Below, piece by piece: positions 27,502 to 32,000 of a DNA stretch of 32,000 nt. The first letter of the stretch is position 1. Each line of letters opens with the position of its first letter. The translations under genes and the position numbers were made by a program. The notes beneath the pieces were generated by a model, which saw only the letters and a program-made list of their open reading frames with translations, was not told the DNA's origin and ran no database searches. The stretch is from Faecalibaculum rodentium. GTDB taxonomy: Bacteria > Bacillota_I > Bacilli_A > Erysipelotrichales > Erysipelotrichaceae. The stretch is taken from assembly GCF_001564455.1 (NCBI RefSeq), contig NZ_CP011391.1:1110001-1142000 (forward strand), in the 5' to 3' direction.

Positions 27502-28035
27502 CAGTTTGCCCGAAACCAGGGGTTCTCATTTGAGCACGGTTGTATGTGGCTGCCTGTACCAGACAGGTGTTTTGGAATGTGTGGATAGCCGTTAGTATTT
27601 GATATGGTCCGAAACGCCAGATGACTGGTACCTTGCGGGTTGAGCTCAACTGCACCTGCTCAAGCAGGAGACAGGAGCAATCAGAATAAAGATATTCGTT
27701 TATCAATCAATACTATAGAAACCATACCTATTTTCTATATGAATAGTAGCGAACGGATAAATCATAGATGGTTCCGGGATGCATTTTCATCGAATCATTG
27801 ATACAGATGATCGCTCAAACAGATTTATGGATTAGTTTTCTGTGTCTATAGAGGGCGAAGGAATACTACAAAAATATGCTTTCTAAATGCAGTTAATTTA
27901 TATCTATGTTCTATAGTTATATATAAGAACAAATCAAGTCTGGAGCAGTAAGTTGTAGATATGCATTGTATACATTTGGGTTCTCGGGTTGCAAGAATAA
28001 ACGATGCTTTTATGTAATAGTAAAATTTAAATAGA

Positions 28036-28073
28036 CATTAAAAAGCATGGAATGGGCAAATTCTGCCATTCCA
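28036..28073 (-). terminator. orphan terminator-like hairpin oriented on the minus strand
   Basis: tggaatgg(g)ca (28048-28058) pairs with tgccattcca (28064-28073), 10 bp with one bulge and a 5-nt loop. On the minus strand it is followed by TGCTTTTTAATG. No minus-strand gene lies upstream of it. Confidence 0.4.
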
Positions 28074-28139
28074 GTTCTGTATTTACACTAATGTCGATCA
28101 GAAATCGCAGGGATCATGCATAAAAAATGCTTGTAAGAA

Positions 28140-28148
28140 TGATAGAGT
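28140..28148 (+). promoter_or_regulatory. possible extended -10 promoter element for recA
   Basis: TGaTAGAGT (TG-n-TAGAGT) lies ~42 nt upstream of the recA GTG. I see no convincing -35. Confidence 0.3.
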
Positions 28149-28189
28149 ATTGTCAGTAAAGGGATAAAACCCGAACGGGAGGTGAAATT

Positions 28190-29281
28190 GTGGCAAGGCG
28201 AAAACGTGTCGAAACGGTCGGAGCAGCCAGGGCGGATGCTGCTTCCGATGCCAGATATGAGCAGCTGATGAAAGAAATCGAACAGAAATTCGGCCCCGGG
28301 ACAGTCATACGTCTGGGGGAACTGACTGCAGAGTATCCACATCTTGAAACCGGTATTCTCTCTCTTGATGAAGCCACAGGCATTGGAGGACTTCCTGCAG
28401 GCAGGATCGTTGAGATCTTCGGACCCGAGGCTGCAGGAAAGACCATGCTGTCTTTGCAGTGTATTGCACAGACACAAAAGCATGGAGGCCGGTGCGCCTT
28501 CATTGATGTGGAACAGTCCATGAATGCATCCTTTGCCAGTCTTCTTGGAGTGGATCTGGCATCTTTGACGTTTTCACAGCCACAGTCCGGTGAACAGGCA
28601 CTGGACATCATGATTTCGCTGATTGAATCCGGTCTGTTTTCTCTGATCGTAGTGGATTCCGTGGCAGCGCTTCTCCCTCAGGCAGAAATAGATGGCGACA
28701 TGCAGGATCTCCAGGTCGGTGCTCAGGCACGGATGATGTCGAAGGTTCTCAGAAGATGCGGACCCATCCTGAACCAGATGGGCACCACTGTGATTTTCAT
28801 CAATCAGCTGCGGGAGAAAATCGGCATCTCCTTTGGCAGTCCGGAAATCACCCCGGGTGGCAGAGCCCTGAAGTTTTATGCCTCCCTGCGCCTGGATGTC
28901 CGCAGACGTGAGCCTGTCAGAGAAGGAGCCGATATCATAGGCAGTGTCATTTCAGTCAGAGTGGCAAAGAACAAGGTTGCAGCTCCATTCCGGGAAGCGG
29001 AGTTTGAGTTGCTGTTCGATTCCGGCATCAGCATGGAAGACCAGATTCTGACCAAAGGTCTGGATCTGGGCCTGATACAGAAATCTGGTTCCTGGTATTC
29101 CATTGACGGGGAAAAAATCGGACAGGGGAAAGACGGAGCGAAAGCCTGGCTTCGACAGAATCAGGATGCTGCAACCAGTCTGGAACAGAAGATCAGAAGT
29201 TTGCTTGGGCTGAGCGACAGTCCTGCTGTGGATAGAGATCCTGATCCTGACAGGGCGGATGAGATGTCCGAACGCCTGTAA
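28190..29281 (+). CDS. recA: RecA recombinase (full length, divergent)
   Basis: GTG start with GGGAGGTG 5 nt upstream. N-terminal helix LMKEIEQKFGPGTVIRLGE, Walker A GPEAAGKT, FIDVEQS, SQPQSGEQAL, VVDSVAAL, L1 QVGAQARMMS, L2 FINQLREKIGISFGSPEITPGG, ALKFYASLRLDVRR, KNKVAAPF, KSGSWYS, and an acidic tail. By-eye identity to B. subtilis RecA as I recall it is only about half. Confidence 0.9.
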   Translation: MARRKRVETVGAARADAASDARYEQLMKEIEQKFGPGTVIRLGELTAEYPHLETGILSLDEATGIGGLPAGRIVEIFGPEAAGKTMLSLQCIAQTQKHGGRCAFIDVEQSMNASFASLLGVDLASLTFSQPQSGEQALDIMISLIESGLFSLIVVDSVAALLPQAEIDGDMQDLQVGAQARMMSKVLRRCGPILNQMGTTVIFINQLREKIGISFGSPEITPGGRALKFYASLRLDVRRREPVREGADIIGSVISVRVAKNKVAAPFREAEFELLFDSGISMEDQILTKGLDLGLIQKSGSWYSIDGEKIGQGKDGAKAWLRQNQDAATSLEQKIRSLLGLSDSPAVDRDPDPDRADEMSERL

Positions 29282-29325
29282 CGGGCAGGAATCCGTATAA
29301 TAGGTGGAGGAAGGAGACGGATCCC

Positions 29326-31314
29326 ATGGACCTCTTTCACTACAATCTCCGATATCCGGCACCAGATCCCGAAGATGATCTGCCAGAACGCTACAGGGCG
29401 ATCAGACAGATGGAGACAAATCCGCCAGCGACGGATATCCCGGCTTCCGCCCTGCAGCGAATACGGGCAAAGGCCGAAAGACTTATGGCAGCCCGGGAAC
29501 GCAGGGAAACAGTCCTGATATTTCTCCGGGCGGGTGCAGCCGAACTGCTGCTGGGAGCCATGCTGGTAAGAGGCCTCCGTGCAGCCGGACTGCAGACCGA
29601 GTATCTGATATCCCGGGAGATCTCCAGCCCGCTCTCCATGACTGTCAAAAATGCCGCAGAAATCGAATTGACAGATGCGGATCTGGTCGTGTCAACCATG
29701 CCTTTTACATCAGACAATCATGCAGCCAGGGAGCTGGAAGCATACGGCATGGAAATTCTCTGTTTGAAGGAAGAAGCAGACAGTTCATTCGGGTACACAG
29801 CTCTCCCGGATGCCGTATCTGCGTACAGCCTTCTGTGCGAGCTGTTTGGATCTGCCGGTTTGAGAATCCCGGAAGATCTGCAGCCTTTTGCAGCCATGGC
29901 CATGCTGGCCAGACATGAAACCCGGACAAATGAATACGGGAAGCTTATCACTGAAGGTCTCGAGTGGAAGAATCATTCTGTTTTTCCCTGTTTTCGCTGT
30001 CTGTCTGCTGACCAGCTGTACCTGTTTCTGAATGAGTGCATACTTGCGGAACACCAGGAGGAAGCAATGCAGTTTCTGCTGACAGATGACAGCGATACTG
30101 TAGAGGGGCTGGTGTCTGGTTTTGACAGCTGTTCATATTTCCAGGAAATCCTCGATTCTGCCATAGAATACTGGTCCAGTGAGCAGTCTGTGGGAGATGT
30201 GCTCATTGCCCGCATCCCATCGGACTGCATGGGAAAGACACCCGAAGCTGTCGCCTGCCTGGCGGAAAAACTCAACCGGGTCATTATTCTTCGACCAGAA
30301 CGATCAGCCGGACATCGGACATCCCGCACACAGCTGATGACAGTCGGGTTTCCTTCCCGCGATCTGCTGGAAGAATTTGAAGAAACAGTGGCTCAGTCCG
30401 GCAGCGCTATGCTGCTCGAATGTTCCGACCGGTCTGCAGCCGTGTTTTCATCTGCCGGAAAGACTGTTGATGCTGATCAGGAGCTGATCACTCTGCAGCT
30501 GAAACAGCTGGCCTCGGGACTGTCTGCCACCACACCGGCACCTTTGCATACAATCGACCTGGAAATCGGTCAGGACGAACTGATCCCCGAATCCTGGAAT
30601 GAACTACAGTCGTTTGGTCCATTTGCATCGGATGCTCCCGAGCCTCTGTTTCTTTGCCGAAATCTGAAACTCCTGAAACTGGGCAGGGACCCGGAGAAGC
30701 CGGAGACTCTGAACGTTCTGTTTGGATTGAGTGAGTTTCCTGGAGAAACGATTGAAGGAGTGGGAAGGGATCTCGGTGACTTTTCGGAAATCCTGCCGAC
30801 TGGCATTTCTGTGGATGCCGTCTGCCGGCTGAGAGTCCGTCAGATACAGGAAGAACCATTCCTGTTCCTGGATCTGGAACAGATCCTCCATGATCCGGTC
30901 TATACCCCTGGCAGCACGCTCGACGAAGATGAGCTATACCTTTCGGGTCTCGTGACCATTCCTGAAATCCTTGAGGAATACAGCATCGAGGAAGATCTTC
31001 TGATCCCGACAGCAGCAGAACTCAACAGGATCTACCGCTGTCTGCAGCAGATCCACAGCTCCGGGTCACAATGGATGTTCACGGATATCAGCCTTTTGAC
31101 ACCACTTGCTGCTTCCAGGACAGACATGGAGATTTCCCCCTTCAAAATGGCCAGGGCACTCGACATCCTGTCTGAAGCCGGGGCCATCGAGGTATGGCGT
31201 CCAGGAGCTGGCAGGATTCTCCTGCGAGTCACCTCCAACCCCCGCATCAGACCACTCAGTCAGACAACAGCCTACAGAACTATGATGAATCAGCTTCAAA
31301 ACCACCCTGAATGA
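29326..31314 (+). CDS. RecJ-like protein with degenerate DHH/DHHA1 catalytic motifs (predicted pseudo-nuclease)
   Basis: 662 aa, with AAGGAG 9 nt upstream and a 44-nt gap after recA. It is colinear with Firmicutes-type RecJ from the N-terminus to the C-terminal extension, but the catalytic positions are replaced: VLIFLRAGAAE for I-Y-G-D-Y-D-x-D-G, VVSTMPF for ITVDTG, ILCLKEE for IITDHHE, AMAMLAR for IGTIAD, and ECSDRSAAVF for FGGHxMAAG. Confidence 0.8.
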   Translation: MDLFHYNLRYPAPDPEDDLPERYRAIRQMETNPPATDIPASALQRIRAKAERLMAARERRETVLIFLRAGAAELLLGAMLVRGLRAAGLQTEYLISREISSPLSMTVKNAAEIELTDADLVVSTMPFTSDNHAARELEAYGMEILCLKEEADSSFGYTALPDAVSAYSLLCELFGSAGLRIPEDLQPFAAMAMLARHETRTNEYGKLITEGLEWKNHSVFPCFRCLSADQLYLFLNECILAEHQEEAMQFLLTDDSDTVEGLVSGFDSCSYFQEILDSAIEYWSSEQSVGDVLIARIPSDCMGKTPEAVACLAEKLNRVIILRPERSAGHRTSRTQLMTVGFPSRDLLEEFEETVAQSGSAMLLECSDRSAAVFSSAGKTVDADQELITLQLKQLASGLSATTPAPLHTIDLEIGQDELIPESWNELQSFGPFASDAPEPLFLCRNLKLLKLGRDPEKPETLNVLFGLSEFPGETIEGVGRDLGDFSEILPTGISVDAVCRLRVRQIQEEPFLFLDLEQILHDPVYTPGSTLDEDELYLSGLVTIPEILEEYSIEEDLLIPTAAELNRIYRCLQQIHSSGSQWMFTDISLLTPLAASRTDMEISPFKMARALDILSEAGAIEVWRPGAGRILLRVTSNPRIRPLSQTTAYRTMMNQLQNHPE

Positions 31315-31330
31315 CAGCAATGGAGGAAGT

Positions 31331-32000
31331 ATGGAAGTTACGAGAAAGACAGACATGTCGGACAGCAAATCAGAGAAAGAACCGCAGCAAAAACAGGAAA
31401 CCACCCGGGAATTCCCCCCGCGGTATGGGCGGCATGATATTCAGGAAGAGGGGCTGAATCTGGATGAGTACGTCCGGATCTACGAAGACCCATACAGAGG
31501 CCCTCAGAAATACCTGCCGTATCAGTTCCGCCTTGCCTGGCTCAGAAATACGTATCCACAGGGTATCATCCGGCAGCTGGAACCCGAACTGCTGGCTGAA
31601 GGCAGACAGCTGATTGGCGGTATGGAATTTTACCGCACACCGGATGACCCCATCGGTGAACGGGTGTATTGCCAGGTCAGCAGGGATGAGACGGGTCCAG
31701 AACTCGATACCCGGGATCTGTTCGAAGTCCTGCGCCAGAAGCTCATCAACGCGATCACCATCGGCCTCGGATTCAGTCTTCCTGTTCTTTCTGCCATGGA
31801 GCAGCAAGAAATTCTGAAGCAGGAGGCACAGGAATCCGGAGAACAGGCAGATCCCCGTCTGAAAATAGAAGCGCTCCAGGATGAACTGCTATCTTTGAGA
31901 AGCCAGCTGGACTTTGCTCAGGAAGTGAAATCACGGCAGGACCTGGAGCTCAGGGACCTGCAGCAGGCTCTGCGCAAGCTGGAATATCAGGCGGACAGTC
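31331..32000 (+). CDS. hypothetical protein (partial, runs off the right edge): charged N-terminus, conserved-looking core, coiled-coil tail
   Basis: The frame is open for 223 codons from ATG 31331 to the window end; it is absent from the ORF track because it has no stop. GGAGGA (31322-31327) lies upstream, and the gap after the RecJ-like gene is 16 nt. Sequence: MEVTRKTDMSDSKSEKEPQQKQ...KYLPYQFRLAWLRNTYPQGIIRQ...GGMEFYRTPDDPIGERVYCQV..., then heptad-like LKIEALQDELLSLRSQLDFAQEVKSRQDLELRDLQQALRKLE. The alternative start is ATG 31355. Confidence 0.6.
   Translation, partial: MEVTRKTDMSDSKSEKEPQQKQETTREFPPRYGRHDIQEEGLNLDEYVRIYEDPYRGPQKYLPYQFRLAWLRNTYPQGIIRQLEPELLAEGRQLIGGMEFYRTPDDPIGERVYCQVSRDETGPELDTRDLFEVLRQKLINAITIGLGFSLPVLSAMEQQEILKQEAQESGEQADPRLKIEALQDELLSLRSQLDFAQEVKSRQDLELRDLQQALRKLEYQADS

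Larger units (their letters stand above)
27680..28165. other. ORF-free AT-rich island (~30% G+C) upstream of recA
   Basis: Four hand-counted 60-nt lines give 28-37% G+C, against ~50-70% in coding lines elsewhere. The track shows no ORF of 60 aa or more on either strand between 27707 and 28087. The island contains short inverted repeats and recurring words (see findings). Confidence 0.7.

Noticed and set aside
27580-27588. DnaA-box-like 9-mer TGTGGATAG next to an AT-rich stretch, raising the question of a replication origin.
   Set aside because: It is a single one-mismatch box with no cluster of boxes. No dnaA, dnaN or other oriC-flanking genes are present, and the AT-rich block has no 13-mer-like repeats.
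27005-27706. 233-aa minus-strand ORF bridging the 3' end of the sulfite reductase gene and the downstream intergenic region.
   Set aside because: It is antisense to a well-supported gene and crosses that gene's terminator hairpin. It has no recognisable motifs.
27739-28090. Mini-ORFs inside the AT-rich island, for example MNSSERINHRWFRDAFSSNH at 27739, MHFHRIIDTDDRSNRFMD at 27779, MHCIHLGSRVARINDAFM at 27961 and MEWANSAIPVLYLH at 28047.
   Set aside because: They are 14-20 aa, none has an SD at a usable distance, and such frames are expected by chance in AT-rich DNA.
27700-28189. Search for a Firmicutes LexA (Cheo) box, GAAC-N4-GTTC, upstream of recA and in the ~100 nt upstream of recN (13150-13245) and dinB (14770-14869).
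   Set aside because: None was found. All GAAC occurrences I checked (27750, 27927, 28173, 14791, 14822) lack GTTC at the N4 spacing. TGTTCT-N13-AGAACA at 27907-27931 has the wrong orientation and spacing. SOS control therefore cannot be claimed from the sequence.
1-32000. Scan for tRNA/rRNA genes, CRISPR repeats, IS elements or transposases, integrases, phage structural genes, toxin-antitoxin pairs, reverse transcriptases and known defence genes.
   Set aside because: I could not recognise any of these in the sequence or in the six-frame translations. Apart from the tetR gene and the 27.7-28.2 kb island, no compositional or repeat signature of a mobile element was seen.

Overview
GC-rich (about 50-70% G+C in hand-counted 60-nt lines) Bacillota-type chromosomal segment, almost entirely housekeeping genes. 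All functional calls come from motif and architecture recognition by eye; no database search was possible.

Left to right:
- 3' end of a hisS-like gene, then aspS.
- An orphan promoter-to-terminator unit with no ORF (candidate structured sRNA).
- On the minus strand: a frameshifted aldo-keto reductase, a VanZ-RDD membrane protein and a TtcA-like PP-loop ATPase.
- truB-ribF.
- A tightly packed ~10.5 kb plus-strand cluster: asp23-nusB-xseA-xseB-ispA-dxs-tlyA-recN-dinB-trmN6-like-mrp. As I recall the B. subtilis yqhY...recN region, the order is the same but without folD and ahrC.
- A lower-GC orphan tetR.
- purC-purB (minus), divergent from murT-gatD.
- A GNAT acetyltransferase and an AEC transporter (minus).
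- An unknown lipoprotein.
- A monocistronic siroheme-type sulfite/nitrite reductase.
- A ~0.5 kb ORF-free island of ~30% G+C.
- A three-gene plus-strand unit: a divergent but full-length recA, a full-length Firmicutes-type RecJ homolog in which every DHH/DHHA1 catalytic motif is replaced, and an unknown gene with a coiled-coil tail that runs off the window.

I saw no tRNA, rRNA, CRISPR array, transposase, integrase or recognisable defence or toxin genes. The best candidate for something undescribed is the recA / dead-RecJ / unknown-gene unit behind the AT-rich island. The second is the orphan sRNA-like unit downstream of aspS.
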